64,000 bases of DNA from Pirellulales bacterium (GCA_963733035.1 CAVTBU010000006.1:896001-960000); one strand, 5' to 3'. Shown: positions 29,649 to 40,387, numbered from the stretch's first letter. The notes: a model not told the origin generated them from the letters alone. Program-made: numbers and translations.

Positions 29649-32600
29649 ATGCGCGTGCTGGTAAGTTTGGGCGCCTTGTTGTTGCTGCTAGCAATTGAAA
29701 CTCCCCTCGCAGCCGCGGCTGACGGCAATCGTCTGGCCTACCTGGACGAAAGCGATCCGTTCCACGTTTCGCGGACTTTTCCCAAGCTAGTGACGCCTCA
29801 GTGGGTCGGCGAGGAGGGCGTCGAGGCAGTCGTGATCCTATCGATCGACGACATGCGCGGTCACGAGCGGTGGGAAGCTTTTCTGCGGCCGATTTTGGAG
29901 CGGCTTAAGAGAATTGACGGTCGGGCGCCGGTCAGCATCATGACCTGCCAGATTGATCCGCGGCATCCACACTTACAAAGATGGCTGGCCGAGGGTTTGA
30001 GCCTGGAAACGCATACGCTCGACCATCCATGTCCGCTACTACAAAAGGGTGACTTTGCCGCGGCCAAGCAAACCTACGACCGCTGCATCGATCAGATGGA
30101 CGCGGTGCCAGGGAGCCGCGCGGTGGCGTTCCGCATGCCGTGTTGCGATTCGCAGAATACGCCCAGCCCTCGTTTCTATGCCGAGATATTCAGCCGAACG
30201 ACGCCGGTGGGCAACTTTCTCGAGATCGACAGTTCGGTCTTCAACATCATTACGGCCAATGATCCCGAACTGCCGCGCGAGCTCGCGGTTGATGGCAAGG
30301 GGCAGGAAATCTTTCGCCGTTACCTGCCCTTTAAATCATACGTCGTCACGGTGGAGGACTATCCCTACCCGTACGTCATTGGCCACAACTGCTGGGAATT
30401 TCCTTGCGTGGTTCCAAGCGATTGGAGCGCCCAGCATGTGCAGCAACCGGACAATCCGCGCACGGTCGAGGACCTCAAGCGGGCGCTCGACGCCGCGGTC
30501 GTGAAGCAGGGCGTGTTCACGTTGGTCTTTCACCCGCACAAGTGGATCAAGGCCGAACAGATCATTGAGCTGATTGACTATGCCGTGGCCACGCACGGCC
30601 CGAAGGTGAAGTTCCTCAATTTCCGTGAAGCGGCGCGGCGGTTGAACAAGAACCTGCTGGCCGAGCATCCACTGCGAGCAGCCGACGGGAGCGATAGCGG
30701 TGTGCGCGTGATGGACGTAAATCAAGACGGCTATGTCGACGTTGTTTCCGGTGGCAAGCGGGGAAGGAAAACGCGCATTTGGTCTCCAGACACTGGTCGG
30801 TGGACGGACAGCGCGTTTCCGCTGGAGATTCAAGCTGCTGAGCAGGTTCGTTTTGGAATCATTCACAACGACCAATTGCCGACCGTTTTTGACGGCCTGC
30901 GTCAAGCGTGGCACTTCGACGGCGGCGCCTGGGTGCGAAGCCCCCAGCTTGTCAAGGGACTTGATGCCGCCGCGGAATTGCAGTACCTGCGGCTGCTCGA
31001 TATTGATGGCGATGGTATCTGCGAACTGCTGTCGATGACCGCGGCAGGACAGGCGATTTACCAATACAGACAATCCATGTGGCAGAAGCTTCCCTATCAG
31101 CTTCCAGAAGGAATGGAACTGGTTGACGCCGCGGGGAGGGACTCGGGGTTGCGGTTTGTCGACATCGATCAGAACGGCTCGCTTGATGTCATTTTTTCGA
31201 ACGAGACTGAGTACTCGGCGTATTTGTTCGTTTCATCGGAGAAAGGCTGGGCCCAGCAGCTGGTGGCCGGGAAACGGGACGACCCCAAGGCAATTCCGAT
31301 GATTGCCCGCAACGGGACCAACAACGGCGCCTGGATCAACGCGCGCACCCTTTGGGTCCAGAACGAAGACACGGCGAAGATGCCGGATCTGGTCGACCGC
31401 ATGCCGCTCGACAGTCTGCTGGAAGGAGTCCTGTTCCCCGGTCCGAAGTCGCCGGAAATGGCGCTTAAAACCATGCACGCGCGGCCTGGCTTTCAGATCG
31501 ACCTGGCCGTGCACGAGCCGCTGGTGATGGATCCCGTGTCGATCGCTTTCGGCCCCGACGGAAAACTTTGGGTTACCGAGATGGGGGACTACCCTCGCGG
31601 CACGGACGGTAAGGGTGCCAAAGGGGGCCGCGTGCGCTTTCTGGAAGACACCGATGGCGACGGCCGCTACGACAAGTCGACGCTGTTTCTCGATGACCTG
31701 GGCTATCCGAACGGCGTTACGCCCTGGCGCGGCGGCGTGATCGTCACCTGCGCACCTGAAGTGCTGTATGCCGAGGACACCGACGGCGACGGTCGCGCAG
31801 ACACACGCGAGGTGCTCTACAGCGGGTTTGTCGAAGGCAACCCGCAGCACCGCGTCAACGGGTTCAAGTGGGGCATGGACGGTTGGCTCTACGGCGCTCA
31901 CGCCGACGCCGTAGGTGGCGAGATCAAGCTGCACAAGCGCAACGAAGTTGTAGACGCCAATGGCCGAGATTTCCGCATCCGACCCGACGAGGGATTGCTC
32001 GATCCACAGTCGGGCGTTTCGCAGTACGGTCGTAGCCGCGACGATTGGGGCAACTGGTTCGGTAATTCGAACAGCAACCCGATGTACCACTACGTGCTCG
32101 CCGACCACTATCTGCGCCGCAATGCGCGCGTGCCCGCGATCGATGGCAAATTGGACGTCTCGGAGCAGCCTGGGGTGTCGGAAGTTTTCCCCGCCAGCCG
32201 CACGATTGCCCGGTACAACGATCTGTACGCCGCGAACCGCTTTACGTCGGCCAACAGCACGATCGTCTATCGCGACGACTTGTTCGGACCGGCGTTCGCC
32301 GGCAATGCCTTCGTCAGCGAGCCGGTGCACAATCTCGTGCATCGCGAAATCATGCGGCCCGAGGGGATCACCTTTCGCAGCCGGCGTGCCGACGATGAGC
32401 GCGACCGCGAATTTCTGGCCTCGGCCGACAACTGGTTCCGTCCCGCCACGCTTGTTGCCGGACCCGACGGCGCCCTGTGGGTGGCCGACATGTACCGGCA
32501 GACGATCGAACATCCGCAGTGGATCCCGCTCTCGATTCAAAAGCAGATCGATTTGCGGGCGGGCAGCGACAAGGGACGAATCTACCGTGTTTATCCAGTC

Positions 32601-34712
32601 GGAACGACGCCGCGCAAGATTCCACGCCTCGACAAGCTCTCGACCGAGCAGCTGGTGGCCTCGCTCGACAGCCCCAGTGGTTGGCAGCGCGACACCGTAC
32701 AGCAAATGCTCCTCTGGAAGAAAGACCCGGCTGCGTTGGCACCGTTGCACAAGCTCGTGGCCGAATCTCAGCGACCGATTACCCGCACGCAAGCGTTGTG
32801 GACGTTGGAACTGCTGGGCGACGCCCAGCCGCGGGAAATCGCCGCTGCAATGAAGGATGCGCATCCCGGCGTGCGACGTCATGCCGTGCGGATTGCCGAG
32901 ATGCATCTGGCCGATTCGCCGGAACTGGGCGAGGGGATTCTTGCCTTGGCCGGCGACGAGGACTTGCAGGTTCAGCTCCAGCGCGCCTACACGCTCGGCG
33001 AGTGGAACGACCCGCGGGCGGGCGAAGCGTTGGGCCGGATCGCCCTTGAATATCAAGACAATCCGTACCTCACGGCCGCTGTGCTCAGCTCTGTTAAGCC
33101 GGAGAACCTGGCGGGCGTGATGCGAAAAGTGCTTGCCGTGCAAGCTCCCGAGCAACCACCGGCAGAACTGCTCGAGCAACTCGTCGGTCTGGCAAGTGCC
33201 TACGAAGACGAACAGACGCTGGCCGCCGCCTTGCAGCGGATCGGCAAGCCGCACGAAGGCAAGTATGCCGCCTGGCAATTGACCGCGCTGGCTGGCCTGC
33301 TCGATGCCCTCGAGCGGAGCGGCGCGGACTGGCGGAAATACGATCCCAAGCAGGCGCTCTCCAAGATGTTCGAGTTCGCGCGGGCGGCGGTCGCCGACGA
33401 TGCGGCTGACGAAGACGAGCGGCTGCGGGCGATTCGCCTGCTTGGCTGGAGCGAAGCGACGCGGAGCGACGACATCGCGTCGCTGGTGGCGTTGCTCGTG
33501 CCGCAGTCGAGTGGAAAGCTGCAGGCGGCCGCGGTCGAATCGCTCGCTCGGATCGACTCCGACGAAGTGCCACCGGCGCTGTTGGCAGGTTGGAGAAGCC
33601 ACGGGCCGGAACTCCGTTCGCAAGTGCTCGATGTCTTGTTGAGCCGGCCGAGCGGTACGAAGGCCCTGCTCGCGGCAATCGAGCGGGGTGAGATCCCGGC
33701 GGCCGACATCGATGCCTCGCGCCGGCAGCGGCTGCAGAAGTCGGACGACGCCGAGATCAAGGCGCTGGCCGAGAAGCTGCTCGCCGGAGCGATCGCGACC
33801 AACCGGGCCGAGGTCGTCGCTCAGAACCAATCGGTGCTCGAAATGCCGGGCGACGTTACGGCCGGAGCGGCGGTCTTTACCAAACGCTGCGCCGTCTGCC
33901 ATCGGCTGCGGGGCGTGGGCGTCGACGTCGGACCCGATCTGGCCTCGCTGACCGACTACTCGCCGCCGGCGCTGCTCACGGCTATCCTCGATCCGAACAA
34001 GGCGGTCGAAGCCAAGTTTCTCGATTACCTGGCCGTCACCACCGCGGGTCTCAGCCACACCGGGCTGCTGGCCAACGAAACCGGCAACAGCGTTACGCTC
34101 AAGGGACAGGAGGGCAAGCAGCAGACGATCCTCCGCAGCGAGCTCGAAGCCCTGCAAGCGACCGGCAAATCGCTGATGCCCGAAGGCTTGGAGAAGGACC
34201 TTAGCCAACAGGACCTCGCCAACGTCATCGCCTACCTGCGTGGATCGGGTGCGCCGCGGAAGGTGTTCGAGGCGAACCATCCACAGCTTGTTACGCCTAC
34301 GACCGACGGCACGTTGCAGCTCTATCCCACGAACTGCGAGATCTACGGCCCCACGATCGTGATGGAACAGCTCTACAAGAACCTGGGCAAGTGGCAAAGC
34401 GAGAACGACAAGGCCGTTTGGAACGTCGAACTGCCGAAGGCGGGCCGCTACCAGATGCTGCTCAACTATGCTTGCCTCGACGGCGACGCCGGCAACTCCT
34501 GGCTGCTCGAAGCCGGCGACGGCAAGACCGGCGGCTCATCGCTCACTCGCAAGGTTGCCGCCACCGGCAGCATCGACCGCTACCAGGAAGTCAGCGGCGG
34601 CACGATCGACCTGCCCGCCGGCACGCAGCAAATCACGCTCCGCTCAAGCGGGCCCGTGAAAGGCCAGCTGCTGCAGCTGGGTGGCGTGCTGCTCAAACCG
34701 GTGCCGGACTAG
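29649..34712 (+). CDS. PVC-type heme-binding CxxCH multidomain protein (deacetylase-like + FG-GAP + sugar-dehydrogenase propeller + HEAT + cytochrome c + CBM-like)
   Basis: LSIDD and LVFHPH; DVNQDGYVD/DIDGDG repeats; EDTDGDG; GPDGALWVADMYR; CAVCH; SLMPEGLE. Confidence 0.88.
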   Translation: MRVLVSLGALLLLLAIETPLAAAADGNRLAYLDESDPFHVSRTFPKLVTPQWVGEEGVEAVVILSIDDMRGHERWEAFLRPILERLKRIDGRAPVSIMTCQIDPRHPHLQRWLAEGLSLETHTLDHPCPLLQKGDFAAAKQTYDRCIDQMDAVPGSRAVAFRMPCCDSQNTPSPRFYAEIFSRTTPVGNFLEIDSSVFNIITANDPELPRELAVDGKGQEIFRRYLPFKSYVVTVEDYPYPYVIGHNCWEFPCVVPSDWSAQHVQQPDNPRTVEDLKRALDAAVVKQGVFTLVFHPHKWIKAEQIIELIDYAVATHGPKVKFLNFREAARRLNKNLLAEHPLRAADGSDSGVRVMDVNQDGYVDVVSGGKRGRKTRIWSPDTGRWTDSAFPLEIQAAEQVRFGIIHNDQLPTVFDGLRQAWHFDGGAWVRSPQLVKGLDAAAELQYLRLLDIDGDGICELLSMTAAGQAIYQYRQSMWQKLPYQLPEGMELVDAAGRDSGLRFVDIDQNGSLDVIFSNETEYSAYLFVSSEKGWAQQLVAGKRDDPKAIPMIARNGTNNGAWINARTLWVQNEDTAKMPDLVDRMPLDSLLEGVLFPGPKSPEMALKTMHARPGFQIDLAVHEPLVMDPVSIAFGPDGKLWVTEMGDYPRGTDGKGAKGGRVRFLEDTDGDGRYDKSTLFLDDLGYPNGVTPWRGGVIVTCAPEVLYAEDTDGDGRADTREVLYSGFVEGNPQHRVNGFKWGMDGWLYGAHADAVGGEIKLHKRNEVVDANGRDFRIRPDEGLLDPQSGVSQYGRSRDDWGNWFGNSNSNPMYHYVLADHYLRRNARVPAIDGKLDVSEQPGVSEVFPASRTIARYNDLYAANRFTSANSTIVYRDDLFGPAFAGNAFVSEPVHNLVHREIMRPEGITFRSRRADDERDREFLASADNWFRPATLVAGPDGALWVADMYRQTIEHPQWIPLSIQKQIDLRAGSDKGRIYRVYPVGTTPRKIPRLDKLSTEQLVASLDSPSGWQRDTVQQMLLWKKDPAALAPLHKLVAESQRPITRTQALWTLELLGDAQPREIAAAMKDAHPGVRRHAVRIAEMHLADSPELGEGILALAGDEDLQVQLQRAYTLGEWNDPRAGEALGRIALEYQDNPYLTAAVLSSVKPENLAGVMRKVLAVQAPEQPPAELLEQLVGLASAYEDEQTLAAALQRIGKPHEGKYAAWQLTALAGLLDALERSGADWRKYDPKQALSKMFEFARAAVADDAADEDERLRAIRLLGWSEATRSDDIASLVALLVPQSSGKLQAAAVESLARIDSDEVPPALLAGWRSHGPELRSQVLDVLLSRPSGTKALLAAIERGEIPAADIDASRRQRLQKSDDAEIKALAEKLLAGAIATNRAEVVAQNQSVLEMPGDVTAGAAVFTKRCAVCHRLRGVGVDVGPDLASLTDYSPPALLTAILDPNKAVEAKFLDYLAVTTAGLSHTGLLANETGNSVTLKGQEGKQQTILRSELEALQATGKSLMPEGLEKDLSQQDLANVIAYLRGSGAPRKVFEANHPQLVTPTTDGTLQLYPTNCEIYGPTIVMEQLYKNLGKWQSENDKAVWNVELPKAGRYQMLLNYACLDGDAGNSWLLEAGDGKTGGSSLTRKVAATGSIDRYQEVSGGTIDLPAGTQQITLRSSGPVKGQLLQLGGVLLKPVPD

Positions 34713-35298
34713 CATCAGATGCTTCTGCACGTTCCTTTTCGTCGGCTAACCAATGCTCGGCAAAGACTGATCGTTGTTTCCAGTAGTCTTCTACGAGCCC
34801 ATTTTGTAAACGTTTCCCAAACATAAACCACTTAAGCACTTCGTCCGGCGCGCCTTCGTGTTCGGGGAATTGATCAACATTCTCTGGCGCGAATTGTACG
34901 GCCTTGTACAATCCATCTAACCAACTGTGTGACAATTCGAAGCACGATTCCGTAATTGAAATGACCAGTGATGCTGGGTTGTCTTGTTTCGTGAATCGAA
35001 CGTCGTTCGGCAATTTGCCTTCATGCACTAGTTCGCATCGAAGAAATTGATAGAAGAACTCCTGCAAAGGCATGTCGCTCGCCCGAAACCGAACGTTATA
35101 GTTTTTGATCCCGCTCGTGATAACTAGCATCTCTTCGCCAACGAACTGCGTAAACGAAGAGTGATCATTGGCGGTCTTGCAATTTCGACGTTTCCGCGCG
35201 GTCGCTGCGACCGCAACAAGCATATTCAACAATGCTCCGTCGTGACGGTCCGAGCGATAGAGCAAAATCGCATCTTCTGTCCGTTGTCTCACGCTCAT
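34693..35298 (-). CDS. Hypothetical protein, AT-richer, with RxxxxH (RCELVH) motif
   Basis: Last 201 aa of the 683-aa ORF from MSVRQRTED; composition differs from neighbours. Confidence 0.6.
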   Translation of the reverse strand: MSVRQRTEDAILLYRSDRHDGALLNMLVAVAATARKRRNCKTANDHSSFTQFVGEEMLVITSGIKNYNVRFRASDMPLQEFFYQFLRCELVHEGKLPNDVRFTKQDNPASLVISITESCFELSHSWLDGLYKAVQFAPENVDQFPEHEGAPDEVLKWFMFGKRLQNGLVEDYWKQRSVFAEHWLADEKERAEASDASPAPV

Positions 35299-35357
35299 GA
35301 TTTCATCCGAGGCAACATTTGAACGGCGTGTACGACAGGTCTGTGACCGCTTTGGTC

Positions 35358-36410
35358 CTACGCGCTCTGCTCGGCCGGTTCGAGCAGCCTTGCAAACCGC
35401 TTGGGCTGGCGGTTCTTCCAGGCGCCCTTGTGGTAGGCATATCCGGCGACGAGCGGCACGGCCAGCGTGGCTTCGCTGTAGACCATCTGCTCGTAGGCCG
35501 TGTCGACCTTGCCCCAGCTGCTGGCTTCTTTCAGCGTGCTGCTCGACAGGGCTCCGTCGCGCACGTCGGCCACGGTCACTTGCACGGCATATTTGTGCAT
35601 CGGCGGGTCTTCGCCGAGAATCTCGGCCGCCACGACGATATCCTGCGTGAAGTTCTTCGGCACGCCGCCGCCGATCATCAGAATGCCCGTCGTCGGATTG
35701 GCAATCTTGATTTGCGTCAGCTCGTAGAAGTCCTTCACGCTGTCGATCGACACCTTTGGCTGATCGCCCCGGGCGTGCTGGTGGGCCACCAGGCCGAAGC
35801 CGGCCGAACAGTCGGAGAACGCCGGGCAGAAGATCGGCACCTCTTCTTCGTAGGCGGCCAGCACAATCGAGTCTTTCGTCTTGCCGTGCTCGGTCAAATA
35901 GGCGCCCATCTCGCGGATGAACTCGCGGGAGGAATAGGGCCGCGGCGGCAGGCTGTCGGCGATGATCTTGGTCGTGTCGTCGCACAAGCGCAGCTCGTCT
36001 TCGTCGATCAGCGTGTCGTAGATGCGGTCGATGTGCAGGTCGCGCAGCTGGTCGTCGTCGAGGCCGGCCTTCAAGCGGTCGCTGGCGATGTAATGGCTGA
36101 AGCCGAGCCCTTCGAAGAAGTCCTGGTCGACGATGTTGGCGCCCGTGCTCACGATGCAATCGACCAGCCGGTTGCGCACCAGGTCGACGAACACCTGCTT
36201 CAGGCCCGCGCTGACCAGGCTGCCGGCCAGGCAAAGGATGATGCCGCAATCGGTGTCGCGGAGCATGCGGTCGTAGATGTCGGCCGCCCGGGCCAGATCG
36301 CGTGCCGAGAAGGCCATGCGGTGCATCGCCTCGACCAGCGGCACGACGTTGTGCGCTTTGATGTCGACGTGCTGGATCTTTTGGGCGAGCAACTCTTGCT
36401 TGGTAAGCAT
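35358..36410 (-). CDS. Deoxyhypusine synthase-like protein (homospermidine/polyamine synthesis)
   Basis: STGANIVDQD, DRIYDT, GGGVPKNF, DGALSSSTLKEASSWGKV. Confidence 0.92.
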   Translation of the reverse strand: MLTKQELLAQKIQHVDIKAHNVVPLVEAMHRMAFSARDLARAADIYDRMLRDTDCGIILCLAGSLVSAGLKQVFVDLVRNRLVDCIVSTGANIVDQDFFEGLGFSHYIASDRLKAGLDDDQLRDLHIDRIYDTLIDEDELRLCDDTTKIIADSLPPRPYSSREFIREMGAYLTEHGKTKDSIVLAAYEEEVPIFCPAFSDCSAGFGLVAHQHARGDQPKVSIDSVKDFYELTQIKIANPTTGILMIGGGVPKNFTQDIVVAAEILGEDPPMHKYAVQVTVADVRDGALSSSTLKEASSWGKVDTAYEQMVYSEATLAVPLVAGYAYHKGAWKNRQPKRFARLLEPAEQSA

Positions 36411-37127
36411 GGCCTGGTTCCTGCCGGAAAAAGCGAAAGCGGAAGTTGAGTGAAACGGAGAATTGTAGGCAAAACGCCCGGTGTAAGAAAGTACCATCCC
36501 GTCGTCGGCTCGGCCGGCGGGCTGGCATCCGCTTGTGACCGGCACGGAACAAATCGACTGGCTTTTGGCTCGGTTCGGAATTCTGAAAGTTTTCGAGTGG
36601 CCCGATTTTGGAGCATTGTGAAGCGCGCAAACTTTCATTTCCAAGGGAGGCCGAAAAACCGAACAATTCGCCTCCCCAAAACTCGCATTTGTCCTTGTTT
36701 GACCGCCAAAAAATCGTCCGTCGTTCAAGTTCAGAATCCTCCACCCGTACCCTAGCCGACCTGCCGGCTTGATTTCAACGAGGGTCTTTTCGCACGCGGT
36801 TTTGTCGGCGAGTTTTGCAGCGAGGTGCGAGGACGCTGGGTGCCCGCAGTCGAAACCTGCCGCGAGCCGGGCGAAGCGGCGTTGGTCGCCGCGCCGGCGG
36901 GTTTGCGCGGGGCAAGGGAACCACCAAGTCGCAAAGGGACGAAGAAAGTCCGTTGAGTGTTCGCAAGGTAAGAACTGAAACCGATCCCAATCGGGTCTCT
37001 TTGCCTCTGAAGTCTCGTTCGCTGGCGCTTGTTACGTCGCAACACCGAAAACCTTTTCGGTGCCACCCGAAAGCGTTTTCAATTTGGATTTTGAACGACC
37101 TGATCCCATAAGCCATTATGCGGTTTT

Positions 37128-40088
37128 CTAGAATTGTTTTGCCTTATGAAGCCAAACACGGTATTTGTGCTCGATCTGTGCGTCGTCTGCCTCGGACAAT
37201 CGATCGACCCTATCGGCAAGCCGCGTAGAGGCATCAAGGGCATCGGACGCTCGAAATGGAGAAGTGTTTCTCCATTTCGCGACCGCCCGTCGAAAGCAAA
37301 TGTACGCGGCTGTCGGTTCCTGCTTTCGCTCTAGCAGCTCACCAAGCCAATATGAAATCCACCCAAGGTTCATACAAACCGCTTGGCTTTCATACTCAAG
37401 CAGCCAAGCTGACTTCAAGAGGCAATGCAGAGCATCGTCGTCCTTGCTCATAAAAAACAAGGTTCGACCAATATTGCCATAAAAGTGACCGTGCCGAGAG
37501 GTGTCGATCAGCGACGGGTTGACCACATCATTTAAGTCGGCTCCATGAAGGAAGTACTTCAATGCGCGTTCGGTCTCGCCTGAATCACGCTGGGCGAGAG
37601 CCAAATCGTGTGCGCAGTCATGCCGGGTATCAATATTGCCGGACGATTTCAAGTCGACGCCGCGCTGGCCCCATTCCTTCGCGAGCTCCATCTCCTGCCT
37701 GCTCCAATAGAAGTAGGCTCGTAAACGACAGATGCATACGTATCGGGCTGTGGCGCCACCTGCAGTTTTCGAAAACTGAATTAGCTGCGCCTCTGCGTCG
37801 TCAAATCTGCCGAGTTGAGACAACACTTCTATAAGGCGTGCATACGTGTTCTCGAAGGTTGGCGATTCTATTGTCGCAGAATCATTCCAGTCACAGATTG
37901 CGAGAACTCCACATGCGACTCGGACAAAGTCCTCCGAAAAGCCGCTCGATAGGAGAGCCTCACTGGCTTCATCCAGCACGACGAGCCCTCGACGATAGTC
38001 CCTACTGTTGATTAGTAATTCTACTTTATCTGTCCATTTGTGAAGTGTGTCGAAAGTAGCTGTGCGCTGCAGACTCGGGCGAAGCTTTACTATGATGCGA
38101 TCTAGCCAGACCATGATTGCTGTGATATAGCGATCGCGTTCGTTATTCGAGAACCGCTGTCGAATAAACTCCCGCACCAATGGATGCAGCTCAATTGTGT
38201 CTGAGCCAGTATGCGGAGTTTTTACTACAACCAAATCGAGCGTCTTGAGGCGTCCGAGTGTACTGCGAAACTGGTTGCGAGAGAATTCGCAGTCTACGAC
38301 CTCCTGGATATGCTTTTCAGTTTCCGGCCGCACAAGTTCCGCCAAATACCGCAACAGTTTCTGTTGTTTCGGCACCAGCGTCCTCCATACTTCTTGTAGC
38401 ATCGCAGTCGGTAGGCCCTCCGCTTTGCCGTCTTTGATCCGAGCGATCAACACAGGAACTTTGACGCGCTTGGAAAGGATCTGATTTGCGATCAATCCAA
38501 TCCATAGAGGGTGGCCTTGCAGTAGCGCATGCAGCTCTTCCAGATCGCCATCGCTTACCGTGACTCCTCGCGCCCTTAGAAGTTCACGCGCTTCGGCGAG
38601 TGAGAGCCCTTTCAACTCGATTTGCAAAAATGTGGGCCTATCGTATCTAAGCTTCGGACGGCAGGTGAATATGCAGCGCGATGAGCCCGGTGTCTTAAGC
38701 GCACCCTGAATCAGATCGTGCATGCCCCTAGCCGCTTGAGAAGTGTTTATATCCACATATTGGTCGATATTGTCGAATACAAATAGCCCTCGCACTGATT
38801 GCGACAAATTCAAGAACAGTCGAACGACAGACTCGATGCGCTCACCACTCAGGTCAGAGGCCCTGCTTCGGCCACCAGTTAGTCGCTCGATGATACGCAC
38901 AAGATGTGTGTGAAGCGTATTATCCTGTTCTTTACAGTCGCGCCAGTCAACTATGTCGACTTGAGCAGTTGTAGCTTCAAGGTACTTAGCAACTAATGTC
39001 GATTTGCCCTGGCCACCGATCCCTGTTATCGCAATGACTTTGGCGTTTGGATCACTCAGGAGTATCAGCTCGTCAGTGCGGCCCACCCACGTTCCGGTCG
39101 GAGGAGGGGTGTCACAAGTGTCGTCAAATGGTTCGTCAATAGATTTCGGCGCCGGAACAATCGGTGAGCGATCAAGCGCCGCTACTACCGTCATTGGACC
39201 TAGTACCGTTGGTTCCGACGAGGCAACGATTTGACTGAGTTCGTCAATGACTTTGAGAAGTGGTTGTCCATAGTCTGCGAATGGAATGAGCTCAACGTTG
39301 AGTAGGCGAGCTTCACGCGCTACATCGAGGTGGTCCTTATGAATTAGGGCATAATGTGGCCCATTGGCTCCGGCAAAAACGTCGTGTACAGCCCTAAGGG
39401 TCATACCGAATTTAGGATCTGCGAAACCGAAGCCCACAAACAAAAGAGAATGGCTGGTCAAAAGAGAACGCAGAGAATGGAGGGCGGCACCATAGACGGC
39501 TTTCGTCGCGTCGGAAGGGTACAATTGATTGTAGCCATCTGGCGTCAAAATAAGCTTGGCGGAGTCGCTAATCATTCCATGCAGGTGCCAGACAACTGGC
39601 CGTGATAATCCGGACCTCATCATTGCCGCTTGTTCGGCCGGGGACTCGATGTTCCAAGCATGTAAGTCATCCTGCTGGTCGCTTGCCCAGGCGAGGACTC
39701 GATCGTAGTTGGTTGTAACTACTAGGTTGCTCCCGAGTGTCCAAAGTCGTCGAGCAAGGGCAAGGCTATCGTCCGCTGCGGCCGAACGCGGGTGGTCAAG
39801 TTGATCGCTCAGAAGCGTGTACCAGTGTGGCCCGAGCGCTTCTTTCGCGTGCCTTGCCGCCTGCAGGAAATCGGGCTTATCAATTGTTATTAGGCTGCGA
39901 ACGAGCGTCCCATAAATTGGTTTGTTTTCCTGATCTAGCCGTTGTGCGGCAAGCGTGAGCAATTCAATCCAACTAGGAAACAGGGGAGTGGCGGTATCTC
40001 GCTTCGTGACGGCTCTTGATACGCCCGCGCCAACGAAAGGCACGATCTTTCGAGATTGCAAGAGCTTTATCAGTGTAGCGGGATACAT
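37128..40088 (-). CDS. SIR2-like + STAND/NB-ARC NTPase + TPR-like protein (Avs/NLR-like)
   Basis: FVGAGVS, TTNYD, HLHG, FVGFGFADP (SIR2); GIGGQGKST, FVFDNID, GHPL, LHPLVREF (STAND); helical C-terminus. Confidence 0.85.
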   Translation of the reverse strand: MYPATLIKLLQSRKIVPFVGAGVSRAVTKRDTATPLFPSWIELLTLAAQRLDQENKPIYGTLVRSLITIDKPDFLQAARHAKEALGPHWYTLLSDQLDHPRSAAADDSLALARRLWTLGSNLVVTTNYDRVLAWASDQQDDLHAWNIESPAEQAAMMRSGLSRPVVWHLHGMISDSAKLILTPDGYNQLYPSDATKAVYGAALHSLRSLLTSHSLLFVGFGFADPKFGMTLRAVHDVFAGANGPHYALIHKDHLDVAREARLLNVELIPFADYGQPLLKVIDELSQIVASSEPTVLGPMTVVAALDRSPIVPAPKSIDEPFDDTCDTPPPTGTWVGRTDELILLSDPNAKVIAITGIGGQGKSTLVAKYLEATTAQVDIVDWRDCKEQDNTLHTHLVRIIERLTGGRSRASDLSGERIESVVRLFLNLSQSVRGLFVFDNIDQYVDINTSQAARGMHDLIQGALKTPGSSRCIFTCRPKLRYDRPTFLQIELKGLSLAEARELLRARGVTVSDGDLEELHALLQGHPLWIGLIANQILSKRVKVPVLIARIKDGKAEGLPTAMLQEVWRTLVPKQQKLLRYLAELVRPETEKHIQEVVDCEFSRNQFRSTLGRLKTLDLVVVKTPHTGSDTIELHPLVREFIRQRFSNNERDRYITAIMVWLDRIIVKLRPSLQRTATFDTLHKWTDKVELLINSRDYRRGLVVLDEASEALLSSGFSEDFVRVACGVLAICDWNDSATIESPTFENTYARLIEVLSQLGRFDDAEAQLIQFSKTAGGATARYVCICRLRAYFYWSRQEMELAKEWGQRGVDLKSSGNIDTRHDCAHDLALAQRDSGETERALKYFLHGADLNDVVNPSLIDTSRHGHFYGNIGRTLFFMSKDDDALHCLLKSAWLLEYESQAVCMNLGWISYWLGELLERKQEPTAAYICFRRAVAKWRNTSPFRASDALDASTRLADRVDRLSEADDAQIEHKYRVWLHKAKQF

Positions 40089-40341
40089 CGCGATGCGGGT
40101 GCGAAAGTCGGAGGTGGGACTACGTCAGCGAATTGTCGCAAATACCATGTGGTAATACCAGTCGAGCGACGGGGTGTTGGCCCAGGAGGCCTCGCAGGTG
40201 GCGCCGATAGATTTGTCGGGATTGCGCGGCAACAAGAGTACCGCCAGCTTGGCCCGACGCTCTAGACGCCTTGTTCCGTTCAGACAAATGGTGCAGTACC
40301 TGACGCCGGGTTGGCGCTTTGGGCAATAACGCGTGTGCGAG

Positions 40342-40387
40342 CCACCGAGCAGTGCCGCTTAACGGCTCACGGCGTGAAGAGTGCTAC
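40342..40387. repeat. REP-like element, direct repeat of 42431-42475
   Basis: CCACCGAGCAGTGCCGCTTAACGGCTCACGGCGTGAAGAGTGCTAC. Confidence 0.7.

Noticed and set aside
31233..34397. 1054-aa minus-strand ORF and similar long overlapping ORFs (43703-45781, 53048-54616, 11730-13175)
   Set aside because: Shadow frames of well-supported genes in GC-rich DNA, with no family motifs
34693..36744. 683-aa ORF as one gene
   Set aside because: The upstream part is an alternate frame over the deoxyhypusine-synthase-like gene; only the last 201 aa look real
36411..37127. ncRNA or riboswitch in the long intergenic region
   Set aside because: No recognisable family motif; only a weak REP-like word near 36920
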